A stretch of DNA of 64,000 nt, from NCBI GenBank assembly GCA_035473635.1, contig DATIOD010000055.1, forward strand, positions 4,685 through 68,684, read 5' to 3'. This DNA is from Gaiellaceae bacterium (GTDB taxonomy: Bacteria; Actinomycetota; Thermoleophilia; Gaiellales; Gaiellaceae). The notes under the pieces are model-generated. The model saw nothing but the letters and a program-made list of their open reading frames with translations, had not been told where the DNA came from and made no database searches. Shown here one piece after another: positions 44,650 to 54,037 of this stretch (position 1 is the first letter of the stretch; each line of letters starts with the position of its first letter). A program made the translations under genes and the position numbers.

Positions 44650-45804
44650 GTGGACCTGCGTGACACGCCGGAGGAGGCAGCCTTTCGGGCGGAGGTGCGC
44701 GCGTTCATCGAGGCGAACCTGCCGACCGGGTCGCGCGAGCGCGGCGCGCGCCGGTTCGAGGACGCCGATCGCGACTGGAGCCGCGCGCTGGGCGAGGCCG
44801 GGTACGCCGGCCTGACGTGGCCGTCCGAGTACGGCGGCGCCGGTGCGCCGTACAGCCACCAGGCGATCTTCCTCGAGGAGCTCGCGCGCGCCGAGGCGCC
44901 GTCGCACCTCGGTGTGATCGGGCTCGGCATGGCCGGCCCGACGATCATCGCGTGGGGCACCGAGGAGCAGAAGGAGCGCTATCTCGCGAAGATCCTGAGC
45001 GCCGAGGAGATCTGGTGCCAGGGCTTCTCGGAGCCCGACGCCGGCAGCGACCTGGCGGCGGCGCGCACCCGCATCGAGGACAAGGGCGACCACTTCCTCG
45101 TCAACGGCCAGAAGGTCTGGTCGTCGTTCGCGCACATCGCCGACTTCTGCATCCTCGTGGGGCTCGGCCTGCCCGACGAGCCGCGCTACAAAAACCTGAC
45201 GTACGTGATCGCCGACATGCACGCGCCCGGTGTCGAGGTTCGGCCGCTCGTGCAGATCACCGGCCACCCGGAGTTCAACGAGATCTTCTTCACCGACGTC
45301 CAGTTGCCGAAGGAGAGCCTGCTCGGCGAGATCGGCGGCGGCTGGCAGGTCGCGATGACGACGCTGCTGCACGAGCGCGGGACGCTGGGCTTCGCGCTCG
45401 CGGCGACGTTGGACGTCGCCGTCCGCAAGCTGCTCGCGCTCGCGAAGGAGCGCGAGGTCAGCGACCCGATCCTGCGCGACCGGATCGCGCGCGAGTGGGT
45501 CGAGCTGCAGGCGCTGCGCTACACGAACTACCGGGCGCTGACGACGCTCCAGAAGACCGGGATCCCCGGGCCCGAAGGGTCCGCGTCGAAGCTCGTCTGG
45601 TCGGAGAACAACCAGCGGCTGACGAAGCTCGCGCTCGAGATCCTCGGCTCCCACGCGCAGCTCACCGACGGCGGCGGGTACGCCGACGGCTACTGGCAGT
45701 ACCAGCAGCTCCGCTCGCGCGGCAACACGATCGAGGCCGGCACGAGCGAGATCCTGCGCAACATCGTCGCCGAGCGCGTGCTCGGTATGCCGAGGTCACG
45801 CTGA
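44650..45804 (+). CDS. acyl-CoA dehydrogenase family protein (full length, alpha-like)
   Basis: WCQGFSEPDAGSDLAA, GNTIEAGTSEILRNIVAE. Confidence 0.85.
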   Translation: MDLRDTPEEAAFRAEVRAFIEANLPTGSRERGARRFEDADRDWSRALGEAGYAGLTWPSEYGGAGAPYSHQAIFLEELARAEAPSHLGVIGLGMAGPTIIAWGTEEQKERYLAKILSAEEIWCQGFSEPDAGSDLAAARTRIEDKGDHFLVNGQKVWSSFAHIADFCILVGLGLPDEPRYKNLTYVIADMHAPGVEVRPLVQITGHPEFNEIFFTDVQLPKESLLGEIGGGWQVAMTTLLHERGTLGFALAATLDVAVRKLLALAKEREVSDPILRDRIAREWVELQALRYTNYRALTTLQKTGIPGPEGSASKLVWSENNQRLTKLALEILGSHAQLTDGGGYADGYWQYQQLRSRGNTIEAGTSEILRNIVAERVLGMPRSR

Positions 45805-46652
45805 TGGACTTCTCCTTCACCTCGGAGCAGGAAGACCTCCGCCGCGAGGCGCGCTCGTTTCTCGAGGCAAACCCGGCGCCGACGATGCCGCAGCTCACGG
45901 AGCTGGGCTGGGTCGGGATGCTCCGGAGCGGCGAGTTCAGCTTCCTCGACGGGGCGGTGCTCTTCGAGGAGCTCGGCCGCGTCCTCTACGACGGACCGTT
46001 CGTGCTGAACGAGGTCGCGGGCCAGCCGGGTGACGACGTCTGGTCGATCGAGATCGACGGTTACGTCCCGCATCTCGCGCAGGTACAGCGCGTGCTCACG
46101 CCCGCGATGGAGTCGGCGAGCGCGCAGGGCGATGCCGTGGCGACCGTCGACGAGACCCTCGGCCTCGGGCGGCTGTCGCGAAACGGGGTCGAGCGCGCGA
46201 CCGGTGACTGGGCGAACGTGCGGCGGCGGCTGCTCGCGGCGCTCGCGCTGGAGGCGGTCGGGATCGGCTCGCACGCCGTCGAGCTCGCCGTTGCCTACGC
46301 AGGCTCGCGTGAGCAGTTCGGCAAGAAGATCGGCGCCTATCAGGCGATCTCGCACGCGCTCGTCGACGCGTACGTCGCCGTCGAGCTCGGCCGGTCGCTC
46401 GCGTACTGGGCGGCCTGGTGCGTCGCCGAGGGCGACGAGCAGGTCGACCTCGCGGTTGCCGCGGCGAAGTCGCAGGCGGCCGAGGCTGCCGTGCTCGCGT
46501 GCGAGAAATCGATTCAGGCGCACGGCGGGATCGGCTTCACGTGGGAGCACCCGCTGCACCGCTACTACAAGCGGGCGCTCTGGCTCGAAGGCGCGCTCGG
46601 CTACGGCCGCGAGCACCGCGCCGAGGTGGCCGCATCCCTGCTGTCCTCGTAA
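45804..46652 (+). CDS. acyl-CoA dehydrogenase family protein (short, beta-like)
   Basis: ATG 45804 shares 1 nt with the upstream TGA. YAGSREQFGKKIGAYQAISHAL, AHGGIGFTWEHPLHRYYKRA. Only 282 aa. Confidence 0.75.
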   Translation: MDFSFTSEQEDLRREARSFLEANPAPTMPQLTELGWVGMLRSGEFSFLDGAVLFEELGRVLYDGPFVLNEVAGQPGDDVWSIEIDGYVPHLAQVQRVLTPAMESASAQGDAVATVDETLGLGRLSRNGVERATGDWANVRRRLLAALALEAVGIGSHAVELAVAYAGSREQFGKKIGAYQAISHALVDAYVAVELGRSLAYWAAWCVAEGDEQVDLAVAAAKSQAAEAAVLACEKSIQAHGGIGFTWEHPLHRYYKRALWLEGALGYGREHRAEVAASLLSS

Positions 46653-47428
46653 CCGGCGCCTCCACGGGCATCGGCCGTGCGACCGTCGAGCGCCTCGTCG
46701 GCGCGGGGTGGACCGTCTACGCGTCGGTGCGCAACGCGGGGGACGCTCCGCCCGGGACGAGCGAGCTCGTCTTCGACGTCACCGACGGCAAGGCGGTCGC
46801 GAAGGCTGTCGCGGGCATCGAGTATCTCGACGGGCTCGTCGACAACGCGGGCATCGCGATCGCCTCGCCGCTCGAGTTCCTGCCGCCCGACGAGCTCGCG
46901 CACCAGCTCGACGTGAACGTCGTCGGGCAGCTGCGAGTGCTGCAGGCGGTGCTGCCGCTGCTGCGGCGCTCGCGCGGACGCGTCGTGCTCGTGGGCTCGG
47001 TCGCCGGGAGGTCGGCGCTCCCGTTCCTCGGCGCCTACGCGATGAGCAAGTTCGCGCTCGAGGCGATGGCCGACTCGCTGCGCGTCGAGCTGCAGCCCTG
47101 GGGGCTGCACGTCGCGATCATCGAGCCGGCCACGATCGCAACGCCGATGTGGACGAAGCCGCAGCGCTCGATTGAGGAGCTGCCGCCGGAGGCGGCCGAG
47201 TACTACGGGGCCCGCGCGGAGCAGTTCCGCCGTCTCGCGGCCCAGCGCTCGTCCGCGCACGCCGTCCCGACCGAGGCGGTCGCGAAGGCGATCGAGCACG
47301 CGCTGACCGCGTCGAAGCCGCGGACGCGGTACCTGATCGGCCCCGACGCGAAGCGGCGAGCGGCTGTGCAGTGGCTGCCCGACCGCGCGCGCGACCGCGT
47401 GCTGACGCGCTTCCTCTTCCGGTCGTAG
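46634..47428 (+). CDS. SDR-family oxidoreductase; start codon unresolved
   Basis: VLVTGASTGIGRAT (glycine motif 46652-46675), YAMSKFALE. The nearest upstream in-frame canonical start is GTG 46541. ATC 46634 is preceded by GAGGTGG. Confidence 0.75.
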   Translation: MPAVLVTGASTGIGRATVERLVGAGWTVYASVRNAGDAPPGTSELVFDVTDGKAVAKAVAGIEYLDGLVDNAGIAIASPLEFLPPDELAHQLDVNVVGQLRVLQAVLPLLRRSRGRVVLVGSVAGRSALPFLGAYAMSKFALEAMADSLRVELQPWGLHVAIIEPATIATPMWTKPQRSIEELPPEAAEYYGARAEQFRRLAAQRSSAHAVPTEAVAKAIEHALTASKPRTRYLIGPDAKRRAAVQWLPDRARDRVLTRFLFRS

Positions 47429-47437
47429 GATCCGCCC

Positions 47438-47839
47438 ATGAGCTACTCGGTGAACTCCATCGACGCCCTCGGAGAGGGCTACGGGTTCCGCAAGATCAGG
47501 AAGCCGCTCGGCGTCTCCGCGTTCGGCGTCAACGCGATCATCATGCCTCCCCACTACGAGGGCCCGGAGCACTACCACGACGTCCAGGACGAGCTCTACT
47601 TCGTGCACCGCGGCACCGCGACCGTGCTGCTCGACGGCGTCGAGCACGAGGTGGGGGAGGGCGGCCTCGTCCACGTCGAGTCGACGACGCCGCGTCGCTT
47701 CTCGAACCGCGCCGACGACGACCTCGTGCTGCTGATCGTCGGCGGCAAGGGCGGGTACGTCGAGCGCGACGGCAAGCTCGTGGACGAGGAGCGCGACCTC
47801 GAGCGCCGCCAGTCGATGTCGCGGGGAGAGCTCGGATGA
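47438..47839 (+). CDS. cupin-domain protein
   Basis: PPHYEGPEHYHDVQDELYFVHRGTATVLLDG...GGLVHV. Confidence 0.75.
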   Translation: MSYSVNSIDALGEGYGFRKIRKPLGVSAFGVNAIIMPPHYEGPEHYHDVQDELYFVHRGTATVLLDGVEHEVGEGGLVHVESTTPRRFSNRADDDLVLLIVGGKGGYVERDGKLVDEERDLERRQSMSRGELG

Positions 47840-49446
47840 ACGGCCTGATGATGGACTACGAGCTGACGCTGCCCACGCTGCTCCGGCGCGCCGAGGCGTA
47901 CTGGAGCGACGCCGAGCTCGTCACGCGCCTGCCCGACAAGAGCATGCAGCGCAGCACGTACGGCGAGTCGTGCCGGCGCGCGCGTGCGCTCGCGGTCGCG
48001 CTCAGGTCACTCGGGCTCGAGCGCGGCGACCGCGTCGGGACGCTCTGCTGGAACCACCTCGTCCACCACGAGGCGTACCTCGGCATCCCGTGCGGCGGGT
48101 TCGTCCTGCACACGCTGAACCTGCGCCTGCACCCGAACGACCTCGCGTACATCGCGCGCCACGCGGGCGACCGCGCGGTGATCGTCGACAGGAGCCTCCT
48201 GCCGCTGCTCGACCAGTTCAAGGGCGAGACGCAGATCGAGCACGTCCTCGTCGTCGAGGACGGCTACGAGGAGCTGCTCGCCTCGGCCGATCCCGACGAG
48301 TGGGTCGACCCACAGCTCGACGAGAGCGAGGCCGCCGCCATGTGCTACACGAGCGGCACCACTGGCCTGCCGAAGGGCGTCCTCTACTCGCACCGCTCGA
48401 CGATGCTGCACACGCTCGGCGTCGCGGCCGGCAACCCGATGGGCCTCGGCATCTCGGATCACGACGTGATCCTGCCGGTCGTCCCGATGTTCCACGCGAA
48501 CGCCTGGGGCTACCCGTACCTCGCGACGATGCTCGGCTCGAAGCTCGTCTACCCCGGGCCGTTCCTCGACCCGGAGAGCCTGCTCGACCTGTTCGTGGAA
48601 GAGGGCGTCACGTGGACGGCCGGCGTGCCGACGATCTGGCTCGGGATCCTGCAGCTGCTCGACGCGAACCCGGGCCGGTGGGACCTCTCGCGCATGAAGG
48701 GGATGCTCGTCGGCGGGTCGGCCGCACCGCGCGCGCTGATCGCCGGCTTCAAGGAACGGCACGGGCTCGACGTCGTGCACGGCTGGGGCATGACGGAGAC
48801 GTCGCCCGTCGCGACGACCGCGCAGCTCCCCGGCGAGCTCGCGAACGCCGACCCCGACACGCGCTACGACGTGATCGCGATGCAGGGACGTCCGCTCCCG
48901 CTCGTCGAGCTGCGTCACCGTGACGCCGACGGGACGGTGCTGCCCTGGGACGGCGAGGCGATGGGCGAGCTCGAGACGCGCGGCCCGTGGGTTGCGGCTG
49001 CGTACTACGACACGCCCGAGCAGGCCGACCGCTGGACGGACGACGGCTGGTTCCGCACCGGCGACGTCGTCACGATCCACCCGCTCGGCTTCATCCAGAT
49101 CAAGGACCGCTCGAAGGACGTGATCAAGTCGGGCGGCGAGTGGATCTCGTCGGTCGAGCTCGAGAACGCGCTGATGGCGCACCCTTCGATTGCGGAAGCC
49201 GCGGTCATCGCCGTGCCCGACCCGAAGTGGGACGAGCGCCCGCTCGGGGTGGTCGTCTTCAAGGACGGGCAGTCCGCGACCGCGGAGGAGCTGCGGGACT
49301 TCCTGGCACCCGACTTCGCGAAGTGGTGGCTCCCGGACCGCTTCGAGTTCGTGGCAGAGATCCCGAAGACGAGCGTCGGCAAGTTCCGCAAGACGGAGCT
49401 TCGCGAGATGTTCGCCCTCGAGGACGCGACCGCGCCGGCCCAGTGA
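47836..49446 (+). CDS. AMP-dependent acyl-CoA synthetase (long/medium-chain fatty-acid--CoA ligase-like)
   Basis: ATGA overlap with the upstream stop. YTSGTTGLPKGV, GWFRTGD, SVGKFRK. Confidence 0.88.
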   Translation: MNGLMMDYELTLPTLLRRAEAYWSDAELVTRLPDKSMQRSTYGESCRRARALAVALRSLGLERGDRVGTLCWNHLVHHEAYLGIPCGGFVLHTLNLRLHPNDLAYIARHAGDRAVIVDRSLLPLLDQFKGETQIEHVLVVEDGYEELLASADPDEWVDPQLDESEAAAMCYTSGTTGLPKGVLYSHRSTMLHTLGVAAGNPMGLGISDHDVILPVVPMFHANAWGYPYLATMLGSKLVYPGPFLDPESLLDLFVEEGVTWTAGVPTIWLGILQLLDANPGRWDLSRMKGMLVGGSAAPRALIAGFKERHGLDVVHGWGMTETSPVATTAQLPGELANADPDTRYDVIAMQGRPLPLVELRHRDADGTVLPWDGEAMGELETRGPWVAAAYYDTPEQADRWTDDGWFRTGDVVTIHPLGFIQIKDRSKDVIKSGGEWISSVELENALMAHPSIAEAAVIAVPDPKWDERPLGVVVFKDGQSATAEELRDFLAPDFAKWWLPDRFEFVAEIPKTSVGKFRKTELREMFALEDATAPAQ

Positions 49447-50159
49447 TCAAGACCGTCTGGCTCGACAACCCGCCGGTCAACGCCGTCAACCGCGGGATCA
49501 TCGAGACGCTCTGGTCGGAGCTCGAGCACCTCGACGACGACGTGCGCGTCGTCGTCCTGCGCGGCCGCGGCGACCGGGCGTTCTCGGCCGGAGCCGACAT
49601 CGGCGGCTTTCAGGGCGGGAGCGACGACGGCGGCCGCCCGGCGGGCATCCAGCCCGTCGCCGACCTGATCGAGTCCGTTCCGGTACCTGTGATCGCCGCG
49701 ATCCACGGGTACTGCCTCGGCGGCGGGCTCGAGATCGCCCTCGCGTGCGATCTCCGGATCGCGCACGCCGACGCGCAGCTCGGGTTCCCAGAAGTGAATC
49801 TCGGGCTGCTTCCGGGCGGGGGCGGCACACAGCGCGCGCCGCGGCTGATCGCACCCGGACGCGCGCGCTGGCTGGTCATGTCCGGTGAGCGCATCCCGGC
49901 CGCGACGGCCGAGGCCTGGGGCCTCGTCGAGTTCGTCGTCGACGACCTCGACGAGGGGATCGCGCGGTACGCCGAGCCGCTCTCGCGCCAGTCGCCGCAC
50001 GCACTGCACCAGATCAAGTCGCTTCTCCACGACACGCGCGACGCACGCGACGACGAGCGCGAGGTGCAGGCGTTCGCAGCGTGCCTCACCTCGGAGGACG
50101 GCCAGGAAGGCGTCGCCGCGTTCCTCGAGAAGCGCGAGGCGCGCTGGACCGGACGTTGA
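49443..50159 (+). CDS. enoyl-CoA hydratase/isomerase (crotonase) family protein
   Basis: GTGA overlap. RAFSAGADI, HGYCLGGGLEIALACDLRIA. Confidence 0.85.
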   Translation: MIKTVWLDNPPVNAVNRGIIETLWSELEHLDDDVRVVVLRGRGDRAFSAGADIGGFQGGSDDGGRPAGIQPVADLIESVPVPVIAAIHGYCLGGGLEIALACDLRIAHADAQLGFPEVNLGLLPGGGGTQRAPRLIAPGRARWLVMSGERIPAATAEAWGLVEFVVDDLDEGIARYAEPLSRQSPHALHQIKSLLHDTRDARDDEREVQAFAACLTSEDGQEGVAAFLEKREARWTGR

Positions 50160-50701
50160 AGCTGGTCACCGACGGCGAGGAGCTCACGGGTCTCGTCGAC
50201 GACCTGACGACGGTCTACCGCGACGCGTTCAGCGCGCCCGGCTACGACGAGACCGAGCAGGAGGTGGAGCGCTTCCGCGACGAGCAGCTGCCGGCGCACG
50301 CGGCGCGGGAGGGCTTCCGGTGCGCTGTCGCCTTCGACGACGGCGTGTGCGTCGGGTTCGCCTACGGCTATACCGGTCGCCGCGGCGAGTGGTGGACCGA
50401 CCAGGTCGCGGCCGGCGCACCCGCCGAGATCGTGGAGCAGTGGCTCGACGGGCACTTCGAGTTCGTCGAGCTCGCCGTCGACCCAGCGGCGCAGCGGTGC
50501 GGCCACGGCGCCGCGCTGCACGACGCGCTCCTTCTCGGCGTCCCGAACGAACGCGCGCTGCTGACCACGTACCGGGACGACCGGCCCGCGCCGCGTCTCT
50601 ATCGGCGACTCGGCTGGGAGCTCCTCGTCGAGGGGATCTTCGAGGACAGCGACCTCTACGGCCTCGACCTGCACCGCTTCGCGCAGAGGCCCGAGCGGTG
50701 A
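50156..50701 (+). CDS. GNAT-family N-acetyltransferase
   Basis: TTGA overlap. ELAVDPAAQRCGHGAALHDALL (acetyl-CoA binding Q/RxxGxG/A). Confidence 0.7.
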   Translation: MKLVTDGEELTGLVDDLTTVYRDAFSAPGYDETEQEVERFRDEQLPAHAAREGFRCAVAFDDGVCVGFAYGYTGRRGEWWTDQVAAGAPAEIVEQWLDGHFEFVELAVDPAAQRCGHGAALHDALLLGVPNERALLTTYRDDRPAPRLYRRLGWELLVEGIFEDSDLYGLDLHRFAQRPER

Positions 50702-51600
50702 GGGCGGCGGTCCTGCGCGAGGTCGGCGGCGAGCTCACCGTCGAGGAGGTTCCGGAGCCGGAGGGCGACGCGGTCGTCGACGTGCGTGCCGCCGGGGTGA
50801 ACTTCGCCGACCTGCTGATCCGCAACGGGATGTACCCGCAGATGCCCGACCTGCCGTTCGTCCCCGGCTCCGAGGTCTCGGGTGACCTCGACGGGCGGCG
50901 TGTGCTCGCGCTCACACGCGCGAGTGGCGGCGGGTACGCGGAGCGCGTCGCCGTCGACACGGACTGGACGTTTCCGCTGCCGGACGCCGCGTCGTACGCA
51001 GCCGGCGCGGGGTTCCTGCTCACCTACCTCACGGCGTACATCCCGCTGCACCGGCAGGTTCGCGTCACGCCGGCGAGCACCGTGCTCGTGCATGCCGGAT
51101 CGGGGGGCGTCGGGTGCGCGGCGGTGCAGCTCGCGAAGAACCTCGGTGCGCGCGTGATCGCGACCGCCAGCACGCCGGAGAAGCGCGCGGTCGCGCGCGA
51201 CAACGGCGCCGACGAGGCGATCGGCTACGACGAGCTCGACGACGTGCGCGCCGACGTGGTGATCGACCCGGTCGGCGGCGAGGTGTTCACGCGCTCGCTG
51301 TCGCTGCTCAACCCGCTCGGCGTCGTCGTCGCGGTCGGGTTCGCCGGCGGGCTCTGGCAGGACCCGAGCGTCCAGTGGCTCGTCGGTCGCAACGCGGGCG
51401 TGGTCGGCATCTACCTCGGGCGCCTGATGAAGCTCGATCCCGGCTACGTGCGCGAGTGCGCGCTCGAGCTGCTCGGGCTGTGGGCAGCCGGCGAGATAGA
51501 CCCGGTGATCGGCGCGCACTTCCCGCTCGAGGACGCGGGTGGCGCGCTTGCGCTGATCGCCGAGCGTCGCCACTGGGGCAAGGTCGTGCTCGAGCCGTGA
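50698..51600 (+). CDS. NADPH:quinone oxidoreductase-like MDR protein
   Basis: GTGA overlap. AAGVNFADLLIRNGMYP, VLVHAGSGGVGCAAVQLAK. Confidence 0.85.
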   Translation: MRAAVLREVGGELTVEEVPEPEGDAVVDVRAAGVNFADLLIRNGMYPQMPDLPFVPGSEVSGDLDGRRVLALTRASGGGYAERVAVDTDWTFPLPDAASYAAGAGFLLTYLTAYIPLHRQVRVTPASTVLVHAGSGGVGCAAVQLAKNLGARVIATASTPEKRAVARDNGADEAIGYDELDDVRADVVIDPVGGEVFTRSLSLLNPLGVVVAVGFAGGLWQDPSVQWLVGRNAGVVGIYLGRLMKLDPGYVRECALELLGLWAAGEIDPVIGAHFPLEDAGGALALIAERRHWGKVVLEP

Positions 51601-52277
51601 AGGCGCTCGTGACGGGCGGCGCGGGCGGGATCGGGCGCGCGATCGCCGCGCGGCTCTCCGTCGAGGGGTACGAGGTCGAGCCGCTCGACCTCGTCGACGG
51701 CTTCGACGTTTCCGATCCGGCGGCCTGGGAGGCGGTCGGGCCGGTCGACGTCGCCTGCCTCAACGCGGGCGTGCTCACGGGCGAGGTGGATGTGCGGGAG
51801 CTGTCCGACGAGCAGTATCGTCGCGCGCTCGGCGTGAACGTCGACGGCGTCGTCTACGGCGTCCGGCGGCTCGCACGGGTCATGGAGCGCGGCTCGATCG
51901 TGGTGACCGCGTCGCTCGCCGGGCTCACCGGCATGCCGAGCGACGCGATCTACTCGCTCACCAAGCACGCGCTCGTCGGGTTCGTGCGCAGCGTCGCGCC
52001 GCAGCTCGAGCCGGTGACGATCAACGCCGTCTGCCCCGGGATCGCCGACACGCCGATGATCGACGCGCAGCGCGACGCGTTCGCTGCCGCCGACTTCCCG
52101 CTCGTCGCGCCCGAGGCCGTCGCGGACGCCGTCTGGCGCGCGGCGACGAGCGGACGGAGCGGCGAGGCGTGGTTCGTGCAGCCGGGCCGCGACCCGGCGG
52201 CGTTCCGCTTCCCGACCTTGCCCGGCCCGCGCCGCGAGGGCGAGCGCGTCGGGCTGCCGCCGCTCCGCCGTTCCTAG
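51597..52277 (+). CDS. SDR-family oxidoreductase
   Basis: GTGA overlap. ALVTGGAGGIGRAIA, YSLTKHALVG. Confidence 0.8.
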   Translation: MKALVTGGAGGIGRAIAARLSVEGYEVEPLDLVDGFDVSDPAAWEAVGPVDVACLNAGVLTGEVDVRELSDEQYRRALGVNVDGVVYGVRRLARVMERGSIVVTASLAGLTGMPSDAIYSLTKHALVGFVRSVAPQLEPVTINAVCPGIADTPMIDAQRDAFAAADFPLVAPEAVADAVWRAATSGRSGEAWFVQPGRDPAAFRFPTLPGPRREGERVGLPPLRRS

Positions 52278-52813
52278 TTCAGCCCGGGGTCGTACGGCAT
52301 GCTCTTCATCAGCGACACCGAGCCGCCGGCGCGCGCGACCGCTTCGCGCCACAGCGCGTCGGGATCGTCGGCGAACGGGTCGGCCGGTTCCGCCTCGACG
52401 ACGATCCAGGCCGGCTCCTCGAGCTCCGCCTCGAGCTGGCCGGCGCCCCAGCCGGCGTAGCCCGCGAACAGCCGGACGCGCCGGATCGACAGCATCTCCG
52501 GTTCGGCGTCTGCGCTCATGAAGCCGATGCGTTCGAAGATCGGCGCGACGCTGTCCTCGACGTCGTCGAACTCGGCGAGGACCATGAACGCGTGCGGCTG
52601 GACGGGGCCGCCGACGAAGACCGGGCCCTGCGCGCCGGGAAGCCCTTCGAGCAGCGGCACCGCTTCGGCGGCGCTCACCTCGGAAGGGCGGCTGAGCACC
52701 AGGCCCATCGCGCCGTCCTCGTCGTGGTGGGCGATCAGGACGACGGTCTTGCGGAAGTTCGGATCGACGAGAGACGGCGACGACAGCAGCAGCTTTCCGC
52801 GCAGGGACTCCAC
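52274..52813 (-). CDS. YqgE/AlgH-family protein
   Basis: LLLSSPSLVDPNFRKTVVLIAHHDEDGAMGLVLSRP, FAGYAGWGAGQLE. Confidence 0.85.
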   Translation of the reverse strand: MESLRGKLLLSSPSLVDPNFRKTVVLIAHHDEDGAMGLVLSRPSEVSAAEAVPLLEGLPGAQGPVFVGGPVQPHAFMVLAEFDDVEDSVAPIFERIGFMSADAEPEMLSIRRVRLFAGYAGWGAGQLEAELEEPAWIVVEAEPADPFADDPDALWREAVARAGGSVSLMKSMPYDPGLN

Positions 52814-52817
52814 GTAT

Positions 52818-54020
52818 CTATGTGAAGTCCCACCCGTCGCCGTCCGCGAACGCCTTGAGCACGCGGCGGGCCACGACCATGCGGTGAACCTCGTCGGGGC
52901 CGTCGTAGATGCGGCCGGCGCGCGCGACGCTCAGCATGTGCCCGAGCGGCGTCTCGTCGGTCAGGCCGCGGGCGCCGTGCACCTGGACGGCGCGGTCGAT
53001 CACGTCGTGGAGCGCCTGCGCGGCGAAGAACTTGATCGCCGAGATTTCGACGCGGGCCTCGTCGCCGGCGTCGATCTTGTGGGCTGCGTCGAGCGTGAGC
53101 AGCCGGCACGCCTGGATCTGCACGTAGCTGTCGGCGATCCAGGTCTGCACCGTCTGCTTGTCGGCGAGCGGGCCGCCGAACGCCTCGCGGTCGAGCGCGT
53201 AGGTGCACATCAGCGCGAATGCGCGCTACATCTGCCCGAGCCAGCGCATCACGTGGTGGATGCGCCCGGGGCCGAGCCGCTTCTGCGCGATCAGGAACCC
53301 GGCGCCTTCGCCGCCGAGCGTGTTCGAGACGGGGACGCGGACGCCGGTGTAGCGCACCTCGCAGTGCGTCGTCCAGCCGCGGCCGGCGTGCCCGAGCACG
53401 GGTACGGGCCGCACGACGTCGACGCCGGGCGTGTCGGCAGGGACGATGATCTGCGTTGCGCGCTCGTGCCGGGGCGCATCCGGGTCGGTCACCGCCATCA
53501 CGATCCCGAAGGCCGCGCCCTCCGCGCCCGACGAGAACCACTTGTGCCCGTCGATCACCCACTCGTCGCCGTCCCGCACCGCGCGCGTGCGCAGCGTCGT
53601 CGGGTCGGAGCCGGGCACCTCGGGCTCGGTCATCGAGAAGAACGAGCGGATTTCGCCGGCGACGAGCGGCTGCAGCCAGCGCTGCTTCTGCTCGTCGGTA
53701 CCGAACATGTGCAGGATCTCTGCGTTGCCGGCGTCCGGTGCCTGGCACCCGAAGACGAGCTGCCCCCACATCGAGCGGCCGATGTGCTCGTTGAAGTAGG
53801 CGTAGTCGAGGAAGCCGGTGCCGGTGCCTCCGGCCTCGGTCGGGACGTGCGGCGCCCAGAGGCCGAGCGCGCGCACCTCGTCGCGGAGCTCCGCGACGAG
53901 CGCGTCCGACGTCTCGTCCTCGCGGTCGAGGATCGGCTCGCTCGGCAGCACGCGCTCGTCCATGAAGGCGCGCACCTGCTCGAGGCGCTCCGTCGGCGGA
54001 GCCCAATCGGTGACGGTCAT
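52818..54020 (-). pseudogene. ACAD10/ACAD11(FadE2)-like acyl-CoA dehydrogenase interrupted by a single in-frame TAG (53226-53228)
   Basis: ORFs 53226..54020 and 52818..53210 are in the same frame: ...GPGRIHHVMRWLGQM-TAG-RAFALMCTYALDREAFGG... The reading frame is otherwise intact and the codon bias is good on both sides. Confidence 0.8.
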
Positions 54021-54037
54021 GCCGTTAGCATCGCACG

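Noticed and set aside
53737-53749. Lone copy of GGTGCCTGGCACC
   Set aside because: It lies inside the ACAD coding frame (encodes GCQAP on the minus strand), so it is probably coincidental coding sequence and not a repeat element. Noted only for the genome-wide census.
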